Source: Chiloscyllium plagiosum
Taxonomy: Eukaryota
DNA: 63,486 nucleotides
Reading direction: 5' to 3'
Assembly: GCF_004010195.1 (NCBI RefSeq)
Contig: NC_057726.1
Coordinates: forward strand, 53,116,036-53,179,521
Shown: in pieces, positions 10,815 to 23,179 of the stretch
Layout: each line of letters begins with the position of its first letter
Position numbering within the stretch: position 1 is the first letter of the stretch
Position numbers and translations under genes: made by a program
Notes under the pieces: generated by a model
What the model saw: the letters and a program-made list of their open reading frames with translations, nothing else
What the model was told of the DNA's origin: nothing
Databases searched by the model: none

Positions 10815-13800
10815 CCAGTCATTCTCTGCCAGGATCAAGGATGTCTCAGAGAAGGTGCAGAATGTTCTCAAAGGGGAGAGGGACTAACAGGAGGTCATTG
10901 TACTCATTAGAACCAACGACGTAGGAAGGGAAAAGGATAAGATTCTGAAGGGAGAGTATAGAAAGTTAGGCAGGAATTTAAAAAGGAAGTCCTCGAGAGT
11001 AGTAATATCTGGATTACTCCCGGTGCTACGAGCTAGTGAGGGTAGGAATTGAAGGATAAAGCAGATGAATGCATGGCTGAGGAGTTCGTATGTGGGAGAA
11101 GGATTCGCATTTTTGGATCAGTGGAATCGCTTTTGAGTAGAAGTGACCTGTGCAAGAAGGATGGATTGCACCTGAATTGGAAGGAGACTAATATACTGGC
11201 CAGGAGATTTGCAAGAGCTGCTCGGAAATATGGGCGGGGGGGAGTGGTTGGGGGGTGGGGTGGGACACAGGGAGATAGTGAAGAAAGAGATCAATCTGAG
11301 ACTGGTACAGTTGAGAAAAGAAAATAGTCAGGGCAGGCAGAGACAAAGCAGAGAACAAGGTAGCACTGATAAACTAAACTGCATTTATTTCAATGCAAGA
11401 GGACTAATGGGGAAGGCAGATGAACTCGGGGCATGGTTAGGAACATGGGACTGGGAATTAGCAATTACATAGCAATTACAGAAACGTGGCTCAGGGATGG
11501 GCAGGACTGACAACTTAATGTTCTAGGATACAAATGCTACAGGAAGGACAGGAAGGAAGGCAAGAGAGGAGGGGGAGTGGTGTTTTTGATAAGGGATAGC
11601 ATTACAGCTGTACTGAGGGAGGATATTCCCAGAAATACATCCAGGGAAGTTATTTGGATGGAACTGAGAAATAAGAAAGGGATGATCACCTTATTGGCAT
11701 TGTAGTATAGACCCCTAATAGTCAGCGGGAAATTGAGAAACAAATTTGTAAGGAGATTTCAGTTATCTGTAAGAGTAAGAGGGTAGTTATGGTAGGGGAT
11801 TTCAACTTTCCAAACATAGACTGGGACTGCCATAGTATTATGGGATATAAATGAATTAATGTTATTTTTGCAAGTATAAATTCTGATACAGAACAGGAAT
11901 GAGAACATACATATTCAGCAAAAAGAAAGGATTTGTTAGCATGAGACGTGAATACAGAACAATGATGGATATATGGGCAAACAGGAAAACATCTGTTTCT
12001 CCCGCTTACACGGAGACACAGGAACAAACCCTAATCAAAGAGGTCAAAGTGGCCTCTGGATAGAAATAGATGCATACTGTGCATTTTGTCATTGCCTTAC
12101 CTGGCAATTAGACAAAGCACCCACCTGCAGTTGCTGTTCAGAAATTTGGTCTCGGACTGAAATTATTGATGTGAGTGGGCTTTTGTTTCTCACAGTATTA
12201 ATGGTTTAGATGGAGAGGAATTTCTTAAGTGTGTACAAGACAATTTTCTGATTCAGTATGTGGATGTACCTACTAGAGAAGGTGCAAAACTTGACCTACT
12301 CTTGGGAAATAAAGATTGGTGCTGGATCCACTACGTTTCATCCTTTACACAAATTATTTGGGTGTGAACATAGGAGGTGCAGTTAGTAAATTTACAGATG
12401 ACACCAAAATGGACAGCAAAGAAGGTTACCTCAGATTACAATGGGATCCTGATCAGTCGAGGGGCTGAGGAGTGGTAGATGGAGTTTAATTTAGATAGAT
12501 GCAAGGTGCTGCATTTTGAAAAAGCAAATCTTAGCAGGAGTTATACATTTAATGGCAAGGTCCTAGGGAGTGTTGGTGGACAAAGAGACATTGGAGTGCA
12601 GCTCCTTGAAAGTAGTGTCGCAGGTAGATAGGATAGTGATGAAGGCGTTTGGTATGCTTTCCCTTTATTGGTCAGAGCATTGAATATAGGAGTTGGGAGG
12701 GCATGTTGTAGCAGTACAGGACATTGATTAGGCTACTTTTGGAATATTGTGGTCAGTTCTGGTCTCCATGCCGACCAGATATCCCAAACTAATATAGTAC
12801 CATTTGCCAGCACTCGGCTCATATCCCTCTAAACCTTTCCTATTCAAATACCCATCCAGATGCCTATGCGATGTTGTAATTGTACTAGCCTCCACCACTT
12901 CCTTTGGTAGCTCATTCCATACAGACACCATTCTCTGCGTGAAAAGGTAGCCCCTTAGGTCCCTTTTAAACCTTTCCCCTCTCACCCTAAACCTATTTCC
13001 TCTGGTTCTGGACTCCCCCATCCCAGGGAAAAGACTTTGTCTATTTATCCTATCCATGCCCCTCATGATTTTATAAACCTCTATAAGGTCACCCCTCAGC
13101 CTCCGAAGCTCCAGGGAAAAAAGCCCTAGCCTGTTCAACTTCTCCCTACAGCTCAAACCCTGCTGAGGTTTGTAAATCTTTTCTTCATGTGGACGCATTG
13201 TTTACAAAGGCCCAACAACGTCTCTTCTTCCTCAGGCAGCTGAGGAAATTTGACATGACGGTGAATACACTTGTCAACTTTTATAGCTGCGCCATCGAGA
13301 GAATTCTGTCTGGATGTATCACTATCTGGTATGGCAACTGTACCCTTTAATATTGGAGGTGGTTACAGAGAGTGGTGAACTCAGCCGGGACAATCACAAA
13401 GGCCAACCTCCCATCTATAGAATCCATCTACCAGGCTCGCTGTCAAGGAAAGGCCGCCAGCATTCTCAAAGATCCATCCCATCCTGGCAATGTTTTTCTA
13501 CAACCTCTACCATCAGGGAGAAGGTACAGAAGCCAGAACACACGCACCAGCCGGTTTCGTAACAGTTTCTACCCTACTGTTGTTAGAATACTGAATGCAC
13601 TCACAAGCTCTTAACATTCACCTTTACCTGTGTTTTTGTTTTTGCTGCTGTTTACCTATTATTTATTTATCTATGCTATGTAACTCTGTGATCTGCCTGT
13701 ATTGCTCGCAAGACAAAGCTTTTCACTGTGCCTCAGTACACATGACAATAAATTCAATTCAGTTAAAAACTTATTAGCTGTACCTCCTGTGTTAACATCC

Positions 13801-14065
13801 AAATTATTTATATAAATGATGAAAAACAGTGGACCAGCACCGATCCTTGTGGTGCACCACTGGTCACAGGCCTTCAGTCTGGAAAGCAACCTTCCATCAC
13901 CACCCTCTGTCTTCTACCTTCGAGCCAGTTCTGTATCCTGGCTAGTTCTCCCTGTATTCCATGAGATCTAACTTTGCCATCCAGTCTACCATGAGGAACC
14001 TTGTCAAACACCGTACACAAGTCCATATAGATCATGTCCACGGCTCTGCCCTTATCAATCCTCTT
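10815..14065. mobile_element. Fragmented CR1 LINE(s): ORF1 esterase/APE/RT pieces on + (10815-12770) and RT/3'UTR pieces on - (12770-13165, 13770-14065)
   Basis: Peptides DGLHLNWK (SGNH ORF1), CIYFNARGL...ITETW (APE) and [21 protein letters not shown] (CR1 RT C-terminus), with many stops. Confidence 0.85.
13187..13763 (+). mobile_element. Rex1/Babar-clade LINE 3' fragment inserted in CR1
   Basis: KAQQRLFFLRQLRKF...FYSCAIE...CITIWYG...DPSHPG...LPSGRRYRS...RFRNSF is the characteristic Rex1 RT C-terminal domain. It ends in AATAAATTCAATTCA. Confidence 0.85.
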
Positions 14066-14874
14066 CGTTATAGTTATGCTGCAGTTGTATGATGACCTGT
14101 TTAATTTGTATCTGGCTGATTGAACTCAGTCCTGACCATTGGAGGAACTACAGAAAGAACAAGCTGGTATTGCCTCACATGTAGAAGATTAAAGGGTTTC
14201 TCATTCTGGTGCTGTGGATGATTGAAGGACTTTATCAGCACATGGAAGGAAGCTATTTCCTCTGGCAGAAGAACCAATGTGTCTCATAACCAATGTGTCA
14301 TCACATTAAAATCAGAGCCAGAACAATTAAGGGGTGAGGTCAGGAAAACTTCACAAATAGGGGAATAGAAATTGGGAACTCACTTCTACAAATCACTGAG
14401 CGGATAGGCAAAATGCAACTTCCAAAACTAAGATCATCAGATGTGCAAGGGTACTAAGGGATATGGAACCAAAACAGATACAGGGATGGAAAATCTGATT
14501 GACATGATCTCATTGAATGGTGGATATGTCTCATGTAAATGAATAGTCTGCTTTTATCCTTTGTCTGTAATTGATTCTGCCTCTGATTGTTACCCCTGTC
14601 TCTGTGTGGAAGTTCCTCTCTGCAACTCAACTCTTTCCATGGTGAGTGATTGTCAACGAGAACTCAGGCTTGGGGTTCTGATTGTGGATGGAGCATACTA
14701 TCTTCCCTATTCATACTACCAGTGAAGTGACATTGCTATGTAACTACTCCCATTTTAAATCTCTTTCCCTGTTAGGTATTTAAGTTATCTGTTCAGAATG
14801 TTCTTAATCACACTTGCAATTGAAGCACGCTATATGAAAAAGTCAGACAAATTATAAAAAGATGCTGATGAATT

Positions 14875-14880
14875 TTTATT
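14875..14880 (-). terminator. Polyadenylation signal, chymotrypsinogen copy 2
   Basis: AATAAA about 25 nt after the stop codon. Confidence 0.7.
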
Positions 14881-14904
14881 GAATTCTGCGATATAGATAC
14901 TCGT

Positions 14905-17900
14905 TTAATTCATAGCAAGTGTCTGATCGACCCAGTTGCGGAATTCAGATACACGGGCATAAACTCCAGGACTATTTGGGGAGCAATTGCCACTGCCCCA
15001 GGAAACGATACCCACTAGATACCAGGCTCCTCCCTCCTGGCAGACAAGCGGTCCACCTGAGTCACCCTGCAAACAAACAGATCAGGGATGAATAAGCAGC
15101 ACGGAATGAAGTGAAGTGTTGTCTTTCCTGTTGTAGCTGGTTACATACCATGCAGGAGGAAGCACCAGCAGCACCGGCACAGACCATCACATCAGAGACC
15201 ATGTTGCCCCAGTATCTCTGGCAGTCAATGTTGCTCAAGATGGGGAGAGATGTCTGCTGCAGAACGCACGGTGTGAAGAAGGCTGAAAGGGAGAGGAAAG
15301 CATTGTTAGATCTTCCAGCACTAGCTCTCATAAGATGTGGAACCTTTGCTGCAATCTCTGTGCAAAAACAGAATTAGGTTCATTCTTAGGCAGACAAATC
15401 TGCTTTTAAATGCTTTGATGAGTTTTTTCTCGAATTATCGATAAATGGAATGGGTAGAGTGTTTATCATGTTCCATTATTTTGAAGAGGTGGAAACTACT
15501 CCGTGATGGAGAAGGCTATTTAGCTGATCTTAAATGCTCCCCTCTGGAATAACACTGCACTCCTCCTGTGCTGCATCTAGACTGCCCTACAGAAATTATA
15601 GAACTTTCTCCCTTACTACACTGTTTACAGCTCCAATCCAAGTGCTGATCATTCTCTGCAGGCAGAACCATCTTCTATTGTCAACTAGGTCAAGTCACTG
15701 TCTTCTTTTCCTTCTCCCACAGTATGTTTTAAAGTAGTATATTGGATGTTCCTTTTCCAGCCCCTTTACTATCTGATGTATCTTTGTAAGATCGTGATTA
15801 AATGCTTCTTCACCAGATAAATCTTTGTTAGGGCAACAATTGAACTCAGTGAGGTTACATTTTCAAAGAAACAATGGTGACCTGTAACTAGTTACTGGTC
15901 AGATCTCTAGGAGAACATAGGAACACAATAAATGGAGCAGGAATCGGCCATTTGGTCTCTCATGTCTGCTTCCTCACTCAATAAGATCATGGTTGATCTG
16001 ATTGTGGCCTTAATTCTATTTGACAGCCTCCCACTCCTCTTCCCCTTTAACTTCTGATTCCCTTCTGGATGAAGAATCTGTTTAATCCAGCCTTCACTAT
16101 GTTCATTGCGGCTCTTGTGGTGCATTAGTAATGTCCCTACCACTGAGCTTGAACGTCAGGTTCAAGTCCCATCTTGTCACTTTCCTGGACAATTAAACAA
16201 TGCTTGACCATGTTCACTGGCCCAGCTTTCACTGCTCTCTAAGGTGGAGAATTTTAAAGTTCAATAACCCTTCACAGAAGGTATCCCTTCTCTTCCCCAT
16301 CTTATTTGAGAGATTCATTATTTTACAATAGTGCCCCCTAGTCTAGACCATTCACCCTATCACACATTCTCTCAACATCCATCCAGTCAAATCCCTTCAG
16401 AATCCTTTATGTATCAATAGCCTCTCATTCTTTTAAACTCCCACCTACTTAACCTTTCTTCATAAGATTTTTTTTTGTAATAATGTTTTATGCTTTACCA
16501 TGTGGAGCTTTTTAACTGATAGATACAAAAAAAAAGACTTCAGTCTTGATTCTGTTAGTTTGACAAGGCGGTGATGGAGAATCATTGGAGACCCACTTTT
16601 GTTTAAAGGGTGCATGTTAGACAGGCACTTAAGTGGACACCTTCAGGCCTTACCCAGAATCAAGGTCCACAGCAGTGTAGGTCTTGTTTGCTGAGAGCTG
16701 TCAGTCCATCAGAGACCTCACACTGCTAGCAGGTGGGAGCAGTGGTAACTAGCAGCAGTGCAACCAACAGAAGCTCAGGGAGTCTTGGACCAAAGGTGAG
16801 TAAAGGAAAAATGGGGCTTTTGAGAGCGCAGTGGGAGAGGGGGAGGGGGAGGGGGGGGGGAACAAAAGATTTGAGATTAAGGCAAGGGAATTGAATATCA
16901 ATGGTTATCCTGTGTGGCTGTTGAGTCACTCAATAAGGCATGGAGTGACCTATAATGAGTCACACCGCTGGGAGGATGTTTGAAAACCTTTAGAGTTTGC
17001 TGAGTGATCTTCCAACGATGAGGGAAAGGTATATCATGCCCCTTTTAAACCCTAAGCCAGCACTGAACTCAGGCAAAGTCAGAGTCAGCCAGCTCATTAA
17101 TGAGCCTTACTGTCATCCTGATGACACCAGCCAGCAACCGTGTGACAGCCCCTTCCACACTCTGACTGAGGCAGAGTCCACTGGGAGACTGACTAAAGGG
17201 CCATGGCAGCTCTGTCTCCTGTGGCCAGAGAAGCATTACACCCAACCCTCCATATCCAACTATTTCTAATCCCCTCAGACCCAGCTAGAGAGGTCAACAT
17301 AACTTTGTTCAATCCAAAGCAATGGAGATGCCATACCATTTGAGTTAGTCAACCCCCATCCTGTAGTGACGCACAGCTTGCCCGCAGCAAAATTATCATT
17401 TGCACTAGCGAGACACACAGGGGACACAAACTGATTGAATTTGACAGGTGTTGCGAGTTTCACAAGAGTGATGTCGTAGTTAATGGTATTCGGATTCCAG
17501 TCTGGGTGAGTAATGGTCTGTAAGACACAAGACTAAGGTTAGTTCCTGCCAACCATTTCTTGACTTTTCTGCTCTTGGCTATTGCTTTCAATCAGTGATG
17601 GTCTGAATTAGGTCCTTAGATTTTTCTGTGGCAATTTTCTTCATCCTGGCCCTATCCCTGAAAATGCATTATTAGTGTTAGTTGTACCTTGGTGTGCTGC
17701 TCATTGGTCGCACATCCTGGTGATGTTCTATGTTAGGAGTTGAGTCCCTTCTCTGTGTTATACTACATCATAGGCCACAAACCTTCCTAGCTGGTATCTT
17801 ACCATGAATTACAGCTCTTACCACAGCAATGTCCAAGTAGTATGAACATCAGACTTTCCGTGGTGGTATCCTGCATTGTGAGCCTGTGGCCTATGTAGGG

Positions 17901-19735
17901 ATAGGTCTTAAGGACTATACACATGAGCCTTTGGGCTGTGATCTATCAGTGACCAGTAGCCATGTGAGAGAGACTCTGTTTGAAGGCTGTAATAAGAGGA
18001 GCCTCGGACAGAGCAAGACCATTGTGTACTTTGTTAAAATTCACACAACACCAGGTTATAGTCCAACAGGTTTATTTGGAAGCACTAGCTTTCAGCGGTT
18101 CATCAACCACCTGATGAAGGAGCGGCCCTCCAAAAGCTAATGCTTCCAAATAAACCTATTGGACTATAACCTGGTTTTGTGTGATTTTTAACTTTGACAA
18201 CCTCAGTCCAACACCAGCTCCTCCACATCATTGTGTACATTGTGTTAATACACCCACTGTTTAAAGAATCACCTTGACATCTAGCTTGAACTTATCTGAA
18301 CATACAAACTCATACTAAGACAGCCTAGATTTCTTGTTTTCTTAAACATAATTGGATATTTGAGATTGGGAAAATAATCAAAGTAAATTCTATTGAGACA
18401 GGATTCGAAGAGGGACAGTGTAAAACTGGCACAAAGAATAATAACAATATCAAGAATATTCTTTTACTGTTTTAGATTATTTTAAAAACAGTTACTGATT
18501 TCAGTTTCTTACTTTTAAATTGAATCAACACAATCTTGAATGAGTCAACGAATGTAGTGCTGGAGAAGCACAGTTGGTCAGGCAGCATCCAAGAATCAGG
18601 AGATTCAACGTTATGAGCATAAGCTCTTCATCATTCCTGATGAAGAGCTTATGCTCATAACGTCGATTCTCCTGCTCCTTGGATGCTGCCTGACTGGCTG
18701 TGCTTTTCCAGTACCGCACTTTTGGACTCTGATCTCCAGCATCTGCAGTCCTCACCTTCTCCTACAATTTTGAGTCAGAGCATTCCTACCTTAGCAACTG
18801 AAATGGCCTGAGAATTTTGATCAGCTGTGCATTTGTTGTAATCTCCAATAATGACAAGGTGTCTTGTGCTACAAAAGAATGTCAGATTATTCAGTACATG
18901 TTGCTTTATATATTTAATGTAGTCTCTGGAGATGTTGACGTTCTAACCTTACCTCACACTGCAATGGGCAGCAGTGACAACCCAGTTTTCGTTAATCAAG
19001 GAGCCACCACAGAAATGAAAGCCAGTGTTTTGCTAATATAGAAAAGAAAGTTTGAATCACTCAAAGAAAATCTAATATTTGAACCATTATAGTTATGATT
19101 ATCTGCCTTGCAAGCATTAATCTTTGTAGTTTTAACAATGCTCAAAATATGAGTCAGCAGTACAATAGAAGTGTTCTATCATTGGTTCAGAGTTTAGCTT
19201 TCACAGGTATATACCTGTTTTGATCAAGTCATGCACAAGACCTTTGGTTCCTGGCAGCATTTTCCTATTGATGATGCACCATTTGTATTATCAACTTTAT
19301 GCAAAACATTATTTGTTTCCCTAGAATACATTCCTCGATGAAAATATAGGCAGAAATTCAATGCTGAATGAAATGAACACGGTTAAGGTTTGACCTTTTT
19401 ATAGAATGATGGCTTTTTTAATTGTGTACGTAATTTAACAGTTACCTGACTAGGAATTACTTAGACCTTAGCTACTAACCTGCAGGGAGACCTGCCATGG
19501 CCAAGATCCTGGAACAGCATTTTCACCATTCACAATTCTTGAATAGCCCGTGATGACTGGAGTGATGGCTGGGACTCCACAACCTATGTTGGAAGTCAAT
19601 GTACAAATAGAATCAATTTATCCAGCACAATTGCATATAAAATAGAAATAGACAATACTGTGTAGATATTAACTTACTCCGTCCATAAGCTGTGCCGAGG
19701 ATGGCCAGGCAAAAGAAAATCCAAAGGAATGCCAT
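14905..19735 (-). CDS. Chymotrypsinogen (CTRB/CTRL-like) copy 2, complete, 265 aa
   Basis: Seven GT-AG exons: 19735-19678, 19583-19480, 19032-18953, 18868-18790, 17517-17337, 15282-15149, 15066-14905 (58/104/80/79/181/134/162 bp = 798 nt, open frame to TAA). It has TAAHC (His57), YDITL (Asp102) and CMGDSGGP (Ser195), with Ser189/Gly216/Gly226 giving a chymotrypsin-type S1 pocket. CTRB versus CTRL orthology cannot be resolved by eye. Confidence 0.96.
18030..18228. mobile_element. Palindromic non-autonomous PLE-terminus insertion (family B) in intron 4 of copy 2
   Basis: 10-bp perfect TSD CATTGTGTAC (18020-18029 / 18229-18238). Inverted arms of about 60 bp surround a hammerhead-like core CTGATGA at 18111. 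Confidence 0.75.
18552..18760. mobile_element. Palindromic PLE-terminus insertion (family A) in intron 4 of copy 2
   Basis: Inverted arms of about 80 bp centred near 18635, with the same sequence as the PLE terminus linked to the GIY-YIG ORF at 31380-32130. Confidence 0.75.
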
Positions 19736-19770
19736 GGTTCTAGTTAGTATTTGAAGGCTACGGTTATGAC

Positions 19771-19799
19771 TTTATATAGTTGACAGATAAAAGTCTGAG
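19771..19799 (-). promoter_or_regulatory. Proximal promoter of chymotrypsinogen copy 2 (TATA + GATA block)
   Basis: TATATAAA on the minus strand at 19778-19771, about 36 nt upstream of the ATG. AGATAAAAGTCTGAG at 19785-19799. Confidence 0.6.
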
Positions 19800-20924
19800 T
19801 TTTCACCAAATTACGTGCAGTTGAATTTCTTCCAACGTAAACTAATTAATTGCAAGGTTTATAAATAAATAACCAAAAATATCTCTAAATTACAAAGAAC
19901 CTTGGGTACTTTCAGCTGTTCAATGAATAAAATATTGATGATTGATTTAAAGTCAAATGCACAACTGAGATATAATAGATACCCAAACAGATATGCAATC
20001 ACAGAACCTTGAAAAAGTTTCCATTATACTGTCCAGGAAAGAAATTCAAGTAATAGATTTTTTTTACAGGAATATTATGAAAGTAACTGATTAATAACCT
20101 CACATATTTCAAAATGTTCGGTAACATTTCAAGTTGTTACACAAAGTAATAATGATTACCACAAACTCGTTAATTTACTGAATGCAGAAAGAAAGACAAA
20201 AGAACATACAAAAGGGAATTGATTATGAAAAATGCATTAGGAAAGAGAATGACCTAGATTGTTGATATAAATATCTTCAGTCTTTTGAAAAATGTTTGTA
20301 GTAAATGAATTATTAGCCTTCTGAATTATTAGCCTCATCACTTTTGTTATTTAGGCAAAACTAGTTGTACGCAGCAAGATCCCACAAACAATGTTAATGC
20401 TGACCATTTTGTTGTTATGAAAGGCAAAATGTTTGTCTTTAAATGGTGCAGTTTAATCTCTTCCCTTCATCTAAATTTCCAAAATAAAAATGTCTATAGG
20501 CTTAAATCCCCAAGTTTCTAAATCATAGGTCAGTGTTACACAGATTCATACTGGTAACGGATAATAACAATTATAACATTAAAATGGTAAGAATGATACA
20601 TGACTTTTATGCTTTTAAATCTCTGTGATTGTATTGCCCAAGCCCTTTTTTGTCTACACAGCTCTGCAACTGCTCATAAATGTAGATGATGCTGACTTCC
20701 TGCCTTTAATGTGAATGAATGGCTCCTCACTTTTTCAGTTGTTAACTCACAGCCTGGTCAGGATCAGCAAGTGAGCAATCTGTGGATATGAGCTTCACTG
20801 TTATTGCAGGAATGGTTTTGAATGAGATCTTCATGAAATTCAGCAGAAGATTAATCTGATCTTCAGTGATCTGTGCAATGGGGAATTGGAGCAAACTGTT
20901 CAATTTGTACTGTAAATAATAGTC

Positions 20925-22235
20925 ATCTATTAATGATGGTATGGCAGTAGATATGGTGTACATGGATTTTAGCAAGGTGTTTGATAAGGTTCCCCATGGT
21001 AGGATCATTCAGAAAGTAAGGAGGCAGGGGATGCATGGAAATTCTGCTGTCTGGATACAGAATTGGTTGGCCCATAGAAGACAGAGGGTGGTAGTAGATG
21101 GAAAATATTCAGCCTGGAACTCGGTGACCAGTGGTGTTCTGCAAGGATCTGTTCTGGGACCTTTGCTCTTTGTGATTTTTATAAATGACTTGGACGAGGA
21201 AGTGAAAAGATGGCTTAGTAAGTTTGCCAATGACACAAATGTGATGGCGTGGTGGATAGTGTGGACGTCTGTTGTAGGTTGCAATGGGAAATTGACAGGA
21301 TGCAGAGCTGAGCTGATAAGTGGCAGAAGGGGTTCAACCTGGAAAAGTGTGAAGTGAAAGGTATTCTTGATGAAGGACTTTTGCCCGAAACGTTGACTTT
21401 GCTGCTCCTCGGATGCTGCCTGAACTGCTGTGCTTTTCCAGCACCACTCTAATCTAAAGTGTGAAATGATTCAGTTTGGAAAGTTGAATTTGAATGCAGG
21501 ATACAGGGTTAAAGGCAGGATGCTTGGCAGTGTGGAGGAATAGAGGGATATTGGGGTGTATGTCCATAGATTCCTCAAAGTTGCCACCCAAATTGATAGG
21601 GTTGTTAAAAAGGCATATGGTGTGTTGGCTTTCTTTAACATGGGAATTGAGTTTAAGAGCTGGGGGTGTAATGTTGCATCTCTATAAAACCCTGGTTAGA
21701 CCACACTTGAAATCTTGTGTTCAGTTCTGGTTGCCTCATTATAGGAAGGATGTGGAAGATTTAGAGAAGTTGCAGAGGAGATTTACCAGAATGCTGCCTA
21801 GACTGGGGGGTATATCTTATGAAGAAAGGTTGAGGGAGCTAAGGCATTTCTCATTGGAGCAAAGGAGGATGAGAGGCAACTTGTTGGAGGTGTACAAAAT
21901 AAGAAGACGCACAGATAACGTGAATAGTCAGAGACTTTTCCCCAGGGCAGAAATGGCTATCACAAAGGGGCACAATTTTAAGGTGATTGGAGGAAGATTT
22001 GCAGGAGAGGTCAGAGGTCGGCTCTACACATAGTGAGGTGGGTGTCTGGAATGCACTGCCAGTAGTGGTAATAGAGTCAAGTACATTAGGGACATTTAAG
22101 TAACTCTTGGATAAGCACATAGATGATATTGATTTGTCTGATATTGGAGAGGGAAGTGGGGGTGGGGGGTGGGGGTCAGCACAACATCGAGGGCCGGTGG
22201 GGGGGCCTGTGCTGTGCTATACTGTTCTATGTTTT
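20925..22235 (+). mobile_element. 5'-truncated CR1 LINE (RT to 3'UTR) with a 98-bp PLE insert
   Basis: VYMDFSKVFDKVPH, SGVLQGSVLGPLLFVIFINDL and KFANDT RT motifs. The insert 21358-21455 is flanked by a near-perfect 14-bp TSD AAAGTGTGAA(G/A)TGA. Confidence 0.9.
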
Positions 22236-23179
22236 ATATTCTATCTCTTTTACTTTTGCACATCGTGTTCTTTCTCACTACAACTCGGAGACGGTTCAGA
22301 TTTTTGTCATTGCAGGTTCCTGTGGCTTTTGCCTGGTTACTTGAGCTGTTGTTCTATTGGCTCCACAGTATGTTTATAATTTTGTAGAGAAGTTTCATCA
22401 AGCGTTCATTGTATTGTGTTAACATTTCTGGTCAAGCCCCTGTTAGTTGATGAACCACCTACGTGAACGCTGCAGTCTCTATGCTTAAGGTACTCCCACT
22501 GTAATATAATAACAACAATATAGTTCCAATCAGGATAGTTTGCATCTTAGAGTATGTGGTGTTGCCATAAGCCTGCAAGTCCTGTTTGTCTAGGTGGTAG
22601 AGTTTCACATTTAGAAAGTGCTGGCAAAATGCTTACTGAGGGGTTAGACATAAGGTACACTCAACAACCATGTTATTCTGATGGTGCAGTGAATGAATGT
22701 TTACTGTGGTTGATGGCATGCTGATAAAACAGATTGATTTGTGCTGGGTGACGTTCAGCTTCTCCTGAGTGTTGTTGGAGCTGCATTCATCAAGGCAAGT
22801 AGAAAGTTTTCATTATGTTTCAGACCTGTGCCTTATAGATTATGGCTAGCTACTGGGGTGTTAAGAGGTCATTCATTCATCATAAAGTACCAAGGCTCTA
22901 AACTGGCCTTGTACTCTCACTGTTTATGTGGCGAGGTTCAGTAAAGATTTTAATCAATGGAAATATCAAGATATTGATGATAGGTGATTCATCTTTATTT
23001 CTGATTAACTTGTTTGCATTGTTACCACAAAACCTATTTTACCCTGAAATGATGGTCCATTTTACCAATCTGAAACAAGTTGGCAAAGCTTGTTAAAGGG
23101 ATGCAGTTTTCCCTTGCTGCGAGGCTTCATGCAACACGGGTAATGTAGCGATATGACAATCCATGTGGGTGTGGCAAGA

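Noticed and set aside
16833-16860. G-run tract able to form a G-quadruplex in intron 5 of copy 2
   Set aside because: Simple low-complexity run with no evidence of function.
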